Source of the DNA: a virus | Direction: 5' to 3' (one strand) | DNA: 64,000 nucleotides | IMG/VR virus record: IMGVR_UViG_3300045988_177198 | Part shown: piece by piece, positions 40,713 to 49,870 of the stretch | Position numbering within the stretch: position 1 is the first letter of the stretch | Layout: each line of letters starts with the position of its first letter | Position numbers and translations under genes: made by a program | The notes under the pieces: generated by a model | What the model was told of the DNA's origin: nothing | Database searches by the model: none | The model's input: only the letters and a program-made list of their open reading frames with translations

Positions 40713-40749
40713 CCCCCATCTTTAGGGGGTGGGGTTCATCCCCACCCCC
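40713..40749 (+). promoter_or_regulatory. GC-rich hairpins immediately 3' of VR (DGR homing hairpin candidate)
   Basis: cccccatctttaggggg and gggggtggggttcatccccaccccc stem-loops. Confidence 0.5.
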
Positions 40750-40777
40750 GCTAAAACATCACACGAAAGAAGCCCCT

Positions 40778-41299
40778 ATGACAGTACCCGCCAGCAAGCG
40801 GACAAAAGCAAAAAGCGAATATGCGAACCAAGCGAGAATCGTACTCTACGCCACCAGAAACCTCTTCCGGAAATGGCCCAAAAGCCGAGACAACATCGAA
40901 ACCATACACGTCATGCACATCGCCTACGACATGTACACAGCCGCCTACAGCGCCGACACCATCTACGCGAGCACCCTCGAAGAGCATAAGATGAAACTGC
41001 AACTCTTATGCAAGGCCCAAGGAATGCTGAACGCACTCTCCGGCCTCGTAGACGACTGGATAGACTATCCACCACGAGAACGCGACATGAAAGCCTACCA
41101 GAACAGTCAGGAAGGCGACCCCACCTACAATCCCGTAATCAAGGAGAAGAAATTTGTCAACTATGCGGGCACACTCTACAAAGCCATGGGAGTGTTCACG
41201 GGGGCAGTCCGATACGAGCGAGACCAGTTGAAGAAAGCCAAAACCGTCGAGTCAAAGACCACCACTAGAATGGATACTTGGGTTCAACCCCAAATATAA
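40778..41299 (+). CDS. Avd-like DGR accessory protein (predicted helical)
   Basis: 173-aa basic helical ORF located between VR and TR, the canonical position of avd. Confidence 0.45.
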   Translation: MTVPASKRTKAKSEYANQARIVLYATRNLFRKWPKSRDNIETIHVMHIAYDMYTAAYSADTIYASTLEEHKMKLQLLCKAQGMLNALSGLVDDWIDYPPRERDMKAYQNSQEGDPTYNPVIKEKKFVNYAGTLYKAMGVFTGAVRYERDQLKKAKTVESKTTTRMDTWVQPQI

Positions 41300-41333
41300 C
41301 TAAACAAAACCGGCCATATCCAAAATGGTGTTT

Positions 41334-41489
41334 CCGTTTCCGGTTCAGCACCCTCCGGTGCCAACAACAACAATTGGTGGGAGCGTTCGCCCAACCCGAA
41401 CAACAGCAACAATTTCCTCCAAGTCAACTCGAACGGCGACCCCAGCAACAACAACAATGCGAATTATCGCTACTCCGTTGTCCCCGATT
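41334..41489 (+). other. DGR template repeat (TR)
   Basis: AAC/AAT-rich copy of the VR; lies 190 nt upstream of the RT gene. Confidence 0.75.
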
Positions 41490-41681
41490 CCTCTTACCAA
41501 AAAACTAACATCAGATAGGCCAGTAGCCCAATGGGTGAAAGCCTCCCGAAGGGGAAGGGGATATGGTCGAATGCGCGGCCCCTCGAAAAATGGGTTGCGT
41601 GTGAAATAGGTTGAGGGAGATATTAAGACTGTCGGAAACGACGGATACTCGCCCCTTAAGCTGGGCGTCCAACATCATTGC

Positions 41682-42911
41682 ATGTCTTGGGTTGTTGCCG
41701 ACGACCTGCCCTCAACCATTCTTTTCTCTTTCCCTAGTGAAGGAAGCATTAAAATCGTGAATGCGAGTCAAAGACGTAGAAGACGCCAACGCAGACTGCA
41801 ACAACGCTCGGATGATAAGTACAGGAAGCTCCACCGTTACATCGACTTCCAACAAACATTCGGATTCGACGCGCTCTACCAAGCCGCAAGAAAATGCAAA
41901 CGCGGCGTCACATGGAAAAACACAGTGTTGAACTTCGACAATAGGCGTGCCGTCAACTGTTGGAAACTCGCCCAAGAATTAGAGGACGGCACATACAAGA
42001 AGAGAGCGCCAATCCGATTCGACATTTCCGAACGAGGCAAACTCCGCCACATCAGCGCGGTATCCTTCCGAGACCGGGTGGTGCAACGCGCCTTATGCGA
42101 CAACAGTCTCGTCCCCATCGTGGAAAGCCAACTGATATACGATAATGCGGCAAGCCTACCGAAACGTGGAACATCGTTCGCCCGAAAACGGTTCGAACTA
42201 CACTATAAGCGGGCTTTGGGCAAATGGGAGCATCCGTATGCTGTCATCTTCGACTGTTCCAACTATTTCGGAAGTATCAGCTCCCAACGAGCGTTCGATA
42301 TGATTTCCACCCTGTACCGGAGCATCGCCCGCACCGGACGGGAGAAGCAGGATGTGGAACGGATTCTAACCGTATTGAGAATCTTCGTATTGGACGAACC
42401 TCACTTGGGTTTAGGCAATCAGACAAGCCAAACCATGGCTATCTGGTATTTGAACAAGGTTGACCACTGGTGCATGTCGCAAGGATTCTACGGACGGTAT
42501 ATGGATGATGCCTACTGTTTCTGCAAGAATCGTGAACAGGCCGAACGTGTGCTGGCCGGTTACGAGCGGCATGTCAATCAATTGGGATTGCGGTTGAACA
42601 AGCGTAAGACCCGCATAGTGGACTGTCGCACCGGTCAACTCACATTCCTGAAACGCGTATACAGCGTACAGGATGACGGCAGTATTCTTATCCGCATGCA
42701 CCATAAGGCGTTGCGTGCAAGCCGACGGCATGCGCGTAACCTTATCCGCTCATATGATGGCGTGCATGTGGGATTGCGGACAGTTCAGGATTCTTGGACG
42801 AGCCATGAGAGCACACTGTCGGGTCTAACTCACCGTCGTGGACTGTGCGCTCGGGAGAAAGCGTGGTATCGGAGGCATTGTGGAATGCGGAAGCTGGCTT
42901 TTCACCCGTGA
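41682..42911 (+). CDS. DGR-type reverse transcriptase
   Basis: RT motifs 'RDRVVQ', 'IFDCSNYFGSI', 'GLGNQTSQ' (DGR-specific SQ) and 'YMDDAYCF'. Confidence 0.85.
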   Translation: MSWVVADDLPSTILFSFPSEGSIKIVNASQRRRRRQRRLQQRSDDKYRKLHRYIDFQQTFGFDALYQAARKCKRGVTWKNTVLNFDNRRAVNCWKLAQELEDGTYKKRAPIRFDISERGKLRHISAVSFRDRVVQRALCDNSLVPIVESQLIYDNAASLPKRGTSFARKRFELHYKRALGKWEHPYAVIFDCSNYFGSISSQRAFDMISTLYRSIARTGREKQDVERILTVLRIFVLDEPHLGLGNQTSQTMAIWYLNKVDHWCMSQGFYGRYMDDAYCFCKNREQAERVLAGYERHVNQLGLRLNKRKTRIVDCRTGQLTFLKRVYSVQDDGSILIRMHHKALRASRRHARNLIRSYDGVHVGLRTVQDSWTSHESTLSGLTHRRGLCAREKAWYRRHCGMRKLAFHP

Positions 42912-43180
42912 TTTCCGGACTTTCCAGATTGGTGGAGGGGTGTAATCTGCTGGAAGCGGTGGCGCAGAATCTTCCGCTTCCTCAATCGTTTGGATGAGAT
43001 TTCGTGAGGCTTGGATTGTATCGTATTTCACTCGGCATGCTTGTCGGCTAGTTTTTCTTCCCAGCTTGGTGTTACACTGGGTTTACTTGCATTTCCTTCC
43101 TCGGGACTTCGCCCATGTGGGGCTTTAGAGGTTATCAGCGCATTGGTCAGAGTATGCCGTTTGAGTGAAAGGAAACTGTC

Positions 43181-43792
43181 ATGGCAGGTTTTGATGATAT
43201 TACGGTCACTCGCAGTGATGTCCGTTTGAAGGTTAAGGCTCCGTATAATCCGTTGTTCGCACGTCGCTCCCGCGCGTTGGGTGGAACGTTTGATGACAAG
43301 TTGAAGACTTGGACGTTCGATATGCGTGTGGAAAGGCTGGTGTTCGAAGCTTTAGACAAATATTTCTGGTGGCATAAGGGCGTGGACGCTGAAAAGCGTG
43401 TCACAGTCACCATCGACCCCTACGACTACTTGTACGCGTACTCCAAGCAGGATAGCGACATTATCTGGTTCGCTGGTCGAATCCTAGTCGAAAAATATCA
43501 GCCCGACCGTCCACCGCGCATGATGCCGAATGTGGCTCTCGTGGATGGCATGTGGCCTAAAACCGGCTTGTATACGGGGTTGAATCTCAGTCCCGACAAA
43601 CTCCGATTATTGGTATGGGATGTTCCCACCAGTTTTCTGGAACGACTGTCGTCCGGCAAGTATGAGTTGTCTGAGCCGGATGGTGACACGTTGACTGCGG
43701 TTGACGTTCGTATTCAGGCTGTGGAGGAACGGTTAGGCCGGTTGAGGGAACTCCGAACCCGACTCGCCTCTAATAGTGAGGATGGTGAATGA
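43181..43792 (+). CDS. hypothetical protein
   Basis: 203 aa. Confidence 0.45.
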   Translation: MAGFDDITVTRSDVRLKVKAPYNPLFARRSRALGGTFDDKLKTWTFDMRVERLVFEALDKYFWWHKGVDAEKRVTVTIDPYDYLYAYSKQDSDIIWFAGRILVEKYQPDRPPRMMPNVALVDGMWPKTGLYTGLNLSPDKLRLLVWDVPTSFLERLSSGKYELSEPDGDTLTAVDVRIQAVEERLGRLRELRTRLASNSEDGE

Positions 43793-44796
43793 TGCTCTCC
43801 GTGCCGATTAATGGTCAAGTCCAGTCGCGTCTCATTCCGCCCACGTTCGTGGAAGACAACATCAGCGACATGTTCAAGGCTGTGGACGCCGGACACAATA
43901 TCGTCGTGACGGCAGTGGACGAGTACGGTAATCGAACCAGTATTACCACGCCGGATAATGTGAATCATGACATGCTGGGGCGTCCTCTCGAATTCGCGTC
44001 CCATCCCGTACTGATGCGGAATGTGCGCCGTTGGATGGTTTGGCTGTTGCAAGCGCAATACTGCAAGGATTACAAGTGGGATACGAACAGGCTTGGAGGT
44101 TGGATGGAAGTGTTGGGTTTACCAGCCGACCTTGATATTCCCGTAACGGAGGAACATTTACGCGTGTTGAAGCCTGTGTTTAACAAGGATGATGCCGACC
44201 CGTATCGGCTTGTCGCACGATACGACAAGCAACATTATGCTTCATGCACCCTCAGCACTCTCATACGGTTAGCCGAACAAACCACGCCGAACTATGCCCT
44301 GAACAATCCCGCCCGCTGGTGCCAAACCGACCGATACCGCAAACTCAGCATCCAACCCAATCCGAAAGAAAACTGGGACGGAATGGACAGGGTACGCGAC
44401 TGTTGGAGCGGATGCGAATGGGCATACCCCGCATTGGAACGCTACTATAATCCGATTCGACTATTACGCGACGAATACCGGCGGGGAGGACTACCTGAAA
44501 CCTTCCACTATCCAATACACACGACAAGAGGAGAATACCGGTTGGCGAAAGGACAAATCAGCCCCCACGCAACAATCCTCCTCAACGGCAAGCCGGTAGG
44601 ACTCATGTTCAGCGACGATTGCGAGGAACCATTCACCGACCGGATACCACCCGAATGGTGCGCCACACCCTTACCGGAAAACTATAAGACCACGCCACTC
44701 AACCGAAACATTCCCGTAAACGGCGAATTCAAACCATCATTCCAGCAAGCCATGCTGGGATTCGTGGAATGGTATGAGAAAACGCACAAGGGATAG
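43789..44796 (+). CDS. hypothetical protein (Trp/Cys-rich)
   Basis: 335 aa, 4-nt overlap with upstream gene. Confidence 0.5.
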   Translation: MMLSVPINGQVQSRLIPPTFVEDNISDMFKAVDAGHNIVVTAVDEYGNRTSITTPDNVNHDMLGRPLEFASHPVLMRNVRRWMVWLLQAQYCKDYKWDTNRLGGWMEVLGLPADLDIPVTEEHLRVLKPVFNKDDADPYRLVARYDKQHYASCTLSTLIRLAEQTTPNYALNNPARWCQTDRYRKLSIQPNPKENWDGMDRVRDCWSGCEWAYPALERYYNPIRLLRDEYRRGGLPETFHYPIHTTRGEYRLAKGQISPHATILLNGKPVGLMFSDDCEEPFTDRIPPEWCATPLPENYKTTPLNRNIPVNGEFKPSFQQAMLGFVEWYEKTHKG

Positions 44797-44803
44797 CAAA
44801 AAG

Positions 44804-44832
44804 AAAAGCCCCTCGACTGAGGGGCTTTTCAG
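44804..44832. terminator. bidirectional intrinsic terminator
   Basis: aaaagcccctc-gactga-gaggggctttt hairpin between convergent genes. Confidence 0.55.
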
Positions 44833-44902
44833 TAAATGTCACATGGTGTCGGGATTGAATTCTTCCAGCTTGTCCATGCTAAACCGCCCAGAACAACAAA
44901 AC

Positions 44903-46060
44903 CTAGTTCTCCGAGCGTTCGCTGATATTCTCCCGCATCTGCAAATAAGCCCCATGCTCACGCAAGTAATCCCGCAAATACGGCATTTTGAAAGCGACTT
45001 CACCGTAACCGACCGGCTCAATCAAATCGTTCTCAATCAGCTTGGTTCTATACACGTTGGCGAACTGTGGCGAACGGTTCAACCGACGGGCGATTTCACC
45101 TGTATTCGACACCGTATCATCCACCGACATGGCAAGTAGATAGTTCACCGCATGGGATGGCAAGCCATGCAATGCTGGGGCGTGAACCATATCCCCTAGT
45201 TTGGCTTGGGCTTTTTCGATACCCTTGACCGCGTCCTCCTCGGTCACTTGATTCACATGACCGTTGGTTTCGGACATCCGCCAAGCCCAATAGCCCACCA
45301 GCTGAATCATGAACGGATAACCGTGAGTGGCGTTGGTCAACCGTATCAGCGTTTCCATTCCGGCTTTCTTCTCGCCGCTGAAGGATTCCTCGAACGCCTT
45401 CAATACCTTTTCCGTGGGGACAGACCCCAAATGGTATCGTTCCGCCCGTTGCAGGAAAGTGATGGCATTGTCGGACAGCACGTCGTTCACTGCGGACGGC
45501 AGTCCGGCGAAAACGAACGCGATGTTCCGTCCTTCCCGGATGAGATGCTGCACTGCGGTGGACAGTGCTCTGATTTCGTCCATGGAACCGGACTGCACCT
45601 CATCCAATGTGATGAGGATTCCTTGTTTGGTCTCGTTCATTTTGTCCAATCGTTTTCCGACCGCTTGGCGGAGTGTCAGGGAACGTTCCTCATTATGTTC
45701 GAGTTCGATTCTCCCTAAGCTCAGTTCAAGATTCCCGACGTCCCCTTTCAATCCTACTTTGGGCATGTCGTATGCGGATATGCGGGTGGTGTCCTTGCCG
45801 GTGAGCGCGTCCACGAGTCTTCGGGTGAAGCCTTTGTCGGCGCTTTCGTTGTAGATTTGCCAACCTTGTTTTTGGGCGTGCTCTCCCAGTGTGTCCAGCA
45901 TGACTGTTTTGCCGACTCCTCTGGCTCCTGTGAGGAACATCAGCCGTCCGGGGCTTCCCACACCGTCTTTCAGCGCATAGTCGAAGTCTTCGATGATTTC
46001 TTCTCGTCCGACGAGTATCGGTGGGATACGTCCGGCGGTTGGTTTGAATGGGTTGGTCAT
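44903..46060 (-). CDS. ATP-binding protein (AAA/archaeal-ATPase-like with C-terminal wHTH)
   Basis: Walker A 'GARGVGKT', Walker B 'ILITLDEV'; start at internal Met (MTNPFKP) with AAGGAAAC RBS. Confidence 0.65.
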   Translation of the reverse strand: MTNPFKPTAGRIPPILVGREEIIEDFDYALKDGVGSPGRLMFLTGARGVGKTVMLDTLGEHAQKQGWQIYNESADKGFTRRLVDALTGKDTTRISAYDMPKVGLKGDVGNLELSLGRIELEHNEERSLTLRQAVGKRLDKMNETKQGILITLDEVQSGSMDEIRALSTAVQHLIREGRNIAFVFAGLPSAVNDVLSDNAITFLQRAERYHLGSVPTEKVLKAFEESFSGEKKAGMETLIRLTNATHGYPFMIQLVGYWAWRMSETNGHVNQVTEEDAVKGIEKAQAKLGDMVHAPALHGLPSHAVNYLLAMSVDDTVSNTGEIARRLNRSPQFANVYRTKLIENDLIEPVGYGEVAFKMPYLRDYLREHGAYLQMRENISERSEN

Positions 46061-46297
46061 GTCTGTTTCCTTGATTTTATAATAATTATAATAAGTATAA
46101 TACTTTAAAAAAGCATGTACCAAGAGGTTAAGTTCGATAATGGGCGAGCTTTGTCGAGAGTAGAGGTTGACGACCTAAACGGAAGTGGTTTAAAATAGAT
46201 TCTTGTTTGAGATAAGGTCACTTTTCTAAAAGGCATTGAGGGACGGTTCCCGTTTCGGTTTCCGTTCCTCTTTTTTGTGTTGTTTTCATACTTGAGG

Positions 46298-46318
46298 TAT
46301 ACTGGAATTGTTCACACA
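46298..46318 (+). promoter_or_regulatory. conserved promoter/leader element copy 1 (TATACTGGAATTGTTCACACA)
   Basis: -10-like TATACT plus conserved downstream 15-mer, 30 nt before RBS of 46348 gene. Confidence 0.55.
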
Positions 46319-46347
46319 GGAAAAGTCGAAAAACCAAGGAGCAAAAA

Positions 46348-47172
46348 ATGAGCAACATCGACAGCATCATCGAACGCATCAACAACCTCATGGCAATAGC
46401 CGAAAACGAAGCATCCAGCGACAATGAGGCGCAAATGGCGTTCGAGCGGGCACAGAAACTCATTAACGAATATCGTATCGAAGACTGGAAACGCGACCGC
46501 ACCCGCACGAACAAGCCAATCATCGAACGTGGCGTGAACGTAAGCAAAACCACCATCTACCATCAGCAAGGCTACCTTGCGACCATCATCGCCCAAGCTA
46601 ACGAATGCCGCGCCTACCTTCACGAAAGCCGGTGTGGCGGAAGGATTGAGGAACGTGCCGTCATGTTCGTAGGCGAGGAGGACGATGTGAACGCCGCAGT
46701 CCTTCTCTTCCAAAGCATCGACCTATACTGCTCAGTCCACGCCCGTACTAGCTACGCGGACATGATTGACAAGCACGCCAAAGCGTACTATGAGGACAAC
46801 AAGGAATACGTCGAAACGCATTACGGACGTGAATCCTATCCGACGCTGACGGAATGCAAACAGTACATGCGTCGTGATTATCCACGCGCCAAGTTCTACT
46901 ATGGTTATCGCGGTGGATTCAACGAACGTTTGAGCGAACGTTTCGAGGAGCTTCGCAAGCAGAGTCTCGCCATTCCTTCCGGTCGTGAGCTGGTGTCATG
47001 TAAGAGTCAGCGTCTGAACGAGTATTTTGACAAGCTTGAGCTGGTGTCGGGTCATGCGGCCACTGCTCGTGGTAGCAAGGATGGTTTTGCCCGTGGTGTG
47101 AGTGACGCGAACAATGTGGGTTTGGGTTTGTCTGAAATGGGTGTTTCGTCCCACGCTTTGCTGAATGCCTGA
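46348..47172 (+). CDS. hypothetical protein (first gene of conserved-promoter array)
   Basis: 274 aa; conserved promoter element 50 nt upstream; AAGGAG RBS. Confidence 0.55.
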   Translation: MSNIDSIIERINNLMAIAENEASSDNEAQMAFERAQKLINEYRIEDWKRDRTRTNKPIIERGVNVSKTTIYHQQGYLATIIAQANECRAYLHESRCGGRIEERAVMFVGEEDDVNAAVLLFQSIDLYCSVHARTSYADMIDKHAKAYYEDNKEYVETHYGRESYPTLTECKQYMRRDYPRAKFYYGYRGGFNERLSERFEELRKQSLAIPSGRELVSCKSQRLNEYFDKLELVSGHAATARGSKDGFARGVSDANNVGLGLSEMGVSSHALLNA

Positions 47173-47234
47173 CTTTTCAGCCCGCTTCCTTGCTTTGGGG
47201 AGTGGGCTGTTTTTGTTTTTCACAACAAACATGG

Positions 47235-47255
47235 TATACTGGGATTGTTCACACA
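47235..47255 (+). promoter_or_regulatory. conserved element copy 2 (TATACTGGGATTGTTCACACA)
   Basis: Upstream of 47287 gene; preceded by terminator hairpin 47178-47220. Confidence 0.55.
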
Positions 47256-47286
47256 AAAAATAGATTCCAACAAGGAGGAACAAAAA

Positions 47287-47781
47287 ATGATTAACACAAT
47301 CGTCAACCTCAAAATCACCAAACTACGCGAACTCTCCACCTTGTCAGTGGATAGGGAATATCTCACAATAGACTACTTGGACGAGGATGGCGAAGAACAG
47401 CGAATCGAAAAACTCGCCCACGAGGAAGACCTTGGCGAATACAATGTCAAGACCGACCTTTGGGCGGACATTCTCGAAGATTGGCGGCTCACCAAGCCGA
47501 TTCCAGTACCCTCTGCCGAAAAGGAGGACTGGAAACTGCTGGAAGACTATCTTTGGAACCTCTCCGACTCGCGATATCAGGAACTTTTGGACAATCGCAA
47601 CAAATTATACGAAGCCGACGACGTGGCGAACATCCTCCGCAATATCAGCCGTCTCAGCGACGTAGGACGAGCCACGTTGAACGAACTGCTGGACAATGGT
47701 CCCAAGGATGTGGAGGACAAGTATGAGGAACAGTGGAACCGTATCGTTCCGCTCCGTCAGGCGGACAGTGACGAAGAATAG
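47287..47781 (+). CDS. hypothetical acidic protein
   Basis: Start at Met 15 of track ORF (AAGGAGG RBS). Confidence 0.5.
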   Translation: MINTIVNLKITKLRELSTLSVDREYLTIDYLDEDGEEQRIEKLAHEEDLGEYNVKTDLWADILEDWRLTKPIPVPSAEKEDWKLLEDYLWNLSDSRYQELLDNRNKLYEADDVANILRNISRLSDVGRATLNELLDNGPKDVEDKYEEQWNRIVPLRQADSDEE

Positions 47782-47793
47782 GAAGTGAGAAAA

Positions 47794-48171
47794 ATGAAGG
47801 CACGAGACGTTAGCTTCTTCAAGAAAAACGCTTGGAAGGGCACGTATTCCAGCATCCTCACCATTCCGGTTGAAGCGTTGGCCGACAAGTGTTTCAACAC
47901 TTGGCTGGACATAGAGGACACGAATTTTGCGGAAGCCTCCCTACCGGACGAGAAGCTTGCCGGACGGTTCCGTGAGCTGGTCGATTCCGACGCCGAACAG
48001 GCGGAATGGGATGAATTCTATGCTTCCGTTGGCAAGGCTTTTTCCGCCATGTCGGTGGATGAACTGGCGTCCAAGTTCGTGGAGTTGAACGACCCTGCGA
48101 CCATCCGTCGTGTTCTTTGGGGTTACGGGGACAAATGGTATCTCGATTCCGATTGCGAGCATGAGTTCTGA
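47794..48171 (+). CDS. hypothetical protein, paralogue of 48639..49028
   Basis: ~45% identity to 48639..49028 product. Confidence 0.5.
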   Translation: MKARDVSFFKKNAWKGTYSSILTIPVEALADKCFNTWLDIEDTNFAEASLPDEKLAGRFRELVDSDAEQAEWDEFYASVGKAFSAMSVDELASKFVELNDPATIRRVLWGYGDKWYLDSDCEHEF

Positions 48172-48245
48172 CCGTCGGGTTTTAGCGCCTCTCCCTTGGG
48201 TGGGTGGGGCGCTTTTTGTTTGGCGTGTCGTGCCCCAACATGATG

Positions 48246-48266
48246 TATACTGGAATTGTTCACACA
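48246..48266 (+). promoter_or_regulatory. conserved element copy 3
   Basis: Upstream of 48306; preceded by hairpin plus CTTTTTGTTT. Confidence 0.55.
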
Positions 48267-48305
48267 AACAAGGGTTCGTAAAACCCATCACCAAAAGGAG
48301 AAAAA

Positions 48306-48506
48306 ATGCATATCAAGGACGTTCTGCTCATGACGCTTGTCACCATCGCTTTCGGTGGGACGGCAACCGCAGTCGCGTTCGGCATCTACTCGTTCGGCAC
48401 TTGGCTGTTCACGTTTGGCCGCACGTTCGGTATCGTATCCGTGTGCGCCATTACGGTGGTGTTGCTGACCGTCGCGGTTGAGGTTCGTTTGAGTATAAAT
48501 CGTTAG
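48306..48506 (+). CDS. small two-TM membrane protein
   Basis: 66 aa; own conserved promoter element. Confidence 0.45.
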   Translation: MHIKDVLLMTLVTIAFGGTATAVAFGIYSFGTWLFTFGRTFGIVSVCAITVVLLTVAVEVRLSINR

Positions 48507-48585
48507 TTTTGGTTTGTGGCCCCGTCGTTTTGGCGGGGCTTTTTGTTTTTTGGCGTGTCCGTGTTGCCTGTTTTACAAAGTGCGC

Positions 48586-48606
48586 TATACTGGAATCGTT
48601 CACACA
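48586..48606 (+). promoter_or_regulatory. conserved element copy 4 (TATACTGGAATCGTTCACACA)
   Basis: Upstream of 48639; preceded by terminator 48519-48551. Confidence 0.55.
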
Positions 48607-48638
48607 AAAACAGAAAGCCATTGAATAGGAGTTAGACC

Positions 48639-49028
48639 ATGGAACACAAGACCAAGGCCGTAGAAGTCAGTTTTCTAAAGAAAACCAAGTGGACGGGCAC
48701 CGCCACGAGAATGTTGACCTTCCCGGTCGTCGAACTGGCTGACAGGTGCCTGAACGCATGGCTCGACATCACGGATGAAGGATTCTCCCATGCCATACTC
48801 CCATCCGCGCAACTGGCGGAACGGTTCTCCACGCTCATGGAATCAGACGCCGACCAAGCCGTTTGGGACGAATTCTATAAAGCCGTGGGCGAGGAGTTTT
48901 CCCGCTTGTCAGTGGACGAGCTTGCCGCGTTTTTCATCGACCTGAACGACCCTTCGACCATAGAGGCCGTGCTGTGGAGCGACGGCGAACACGAGTTTTT
49001 GGATTCCGGTTGCGAATACCGGTATTAA
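48639..49028 (+). CDS. hypothetical protein, paralogue of 47794..48171
   Basis: 129 aa; own conserved promoter element. Confidence 0.55.
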   Translation: MEHKTKAVEVSFLKKTKWTGTATRMLTFPVVELADRCLNAWLDITDEGFSHAILPSAQLAERFSTLMESDADQAVWDEFYKAVGEEFSRLSVDELAAFFIDLNDPSTIEAVLWSDGEHEFLDSGCEYRY

Positions 49029-49046
49029 CGAAAAGGATACACGACG

Positions 49047-49226
49047 ATGAGAACCAAAGCCAAGGAACTGCCAGCCATCCTCACTATAGCTGACACGATG
49101 GCCTACCTCTCCTGCTCACGACAGCACGTGTACGACCTGCTGAAGGCCGGTCGCATACGCACCTACAAAATCGGACGACGCCGATACATCGACGCCGATT
49201 CGCTCGCCCACCTGTTCTGGAGGTAA
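49047..49226 (+). CDS. excisionase/AlpA-type helix-turn-helix DNA-binding protein
   Basis: 59 aa 'LTIADTMAYLSCSRQHVYDLLKAGRIRTYKIGRRRYI' matches HTH_17/Xis pattern; AAAGGA RBS. Confidence 0.5.
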   Translation: MRTKAKELPAILTIADTMAYLSCSRQHVYDLLKAGRIRTYKIGRRRYIDADSLAHLFWR

Positions 49227-49230
49227 CGCG

Positions 49231-49389
49231 ATGCCGAACGTGAACCGTGTGGTCATGTTGCCCGCCGACCTGTACCGGCAGACCATGCAATACGCCGACG
49301 ATAACGAACTCACGTGGAACGCGGCGGTGAGAGCACTGGTCGAACGGGGGCTGAGGCAAACCGTCGAACCATGTGGGGAGCTGTCGTGA
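49231..49389 (+). CDS. possible ribbon-helix-helix small protein
   Basis: 52 aa, beta-alpha-alpha-like pattern. Confidence 0.3.
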   Translation: MPNVNRVVMLPADLYRQTMQYADDNELTWNAAVRALVERGLRQTVEPCGELS

Positions 49390-49709
49390 CCGGGGACAGG
49401 CTACCCGCGTTCTTTCTCAAGGGCGTGTGGCAGGGGTTGAAAATAGCCCTCATACCGCACGCCCGTCTGCGTGACCCGTTGGGTCCCATGCCGACCGTGC
49501 GCGATTGGCTCGACATGTACGGAGGCACCCGCATGGACGCGGACATGTTCGACCGTTGCGAGAGCGAATGGTACGCACTGCTGGAGCAACGGAAACGTCG
49601 GATGAGCGCGTTCCTCGCGGGCGGATACGCGGGCACGTGGATGTATGCGATTGGGGTGCTCGTACTGTTGGGGTTGGTCGGCTGGTGGATTTGGCAGCTG
49701 ATTCCCTGA
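49371..49709 (+). CDS. hypothetical membrane protein
   Basis: C-terminal TM helix; start ATG 49371 or GTG 49386. Confidence 0.4.
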   Translation: MWGAVVTGDRLPAFFLKGVWQGLKIALIPHARLRDPLGPMPTVRDWLDMYGGTRMDADMFDRCESEWYALLEQRKRRMSAFLAGGYAGTWMYAIGVLVLLGLVGWWIWQLIP

Positions 49710-49788
49710 GATTCTAAACCCGTCGGATTCGACGGGTTTAGCTTTTTGCGGCTGTGCAGTGAGGGATTTTTGCATTATCCCTCTGTGG

Positions 49789-49809
49789 CATACTGGAATC
49801 GTCCACACA
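49789..49809 (+). promoter_or_regulatory. conserved element copy 5 (CATACTGGAATCGTCCACACA)
   Basis: Upstream of 49871. Confidence 0.5.
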
Positions 49810-49870
49810 AAAACCATTTAAAAAGGAGAACAACCTGTATATAGAACACGCCTACCAGCAGACACAGCAG

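Noticed and set aside
40569-40754. 61-aa ORF in an alternative frame over the VR and hairpins
   Set aside because: Alternative-frame read-through of the VR region; the VR belongs to the 39743..40711 frame
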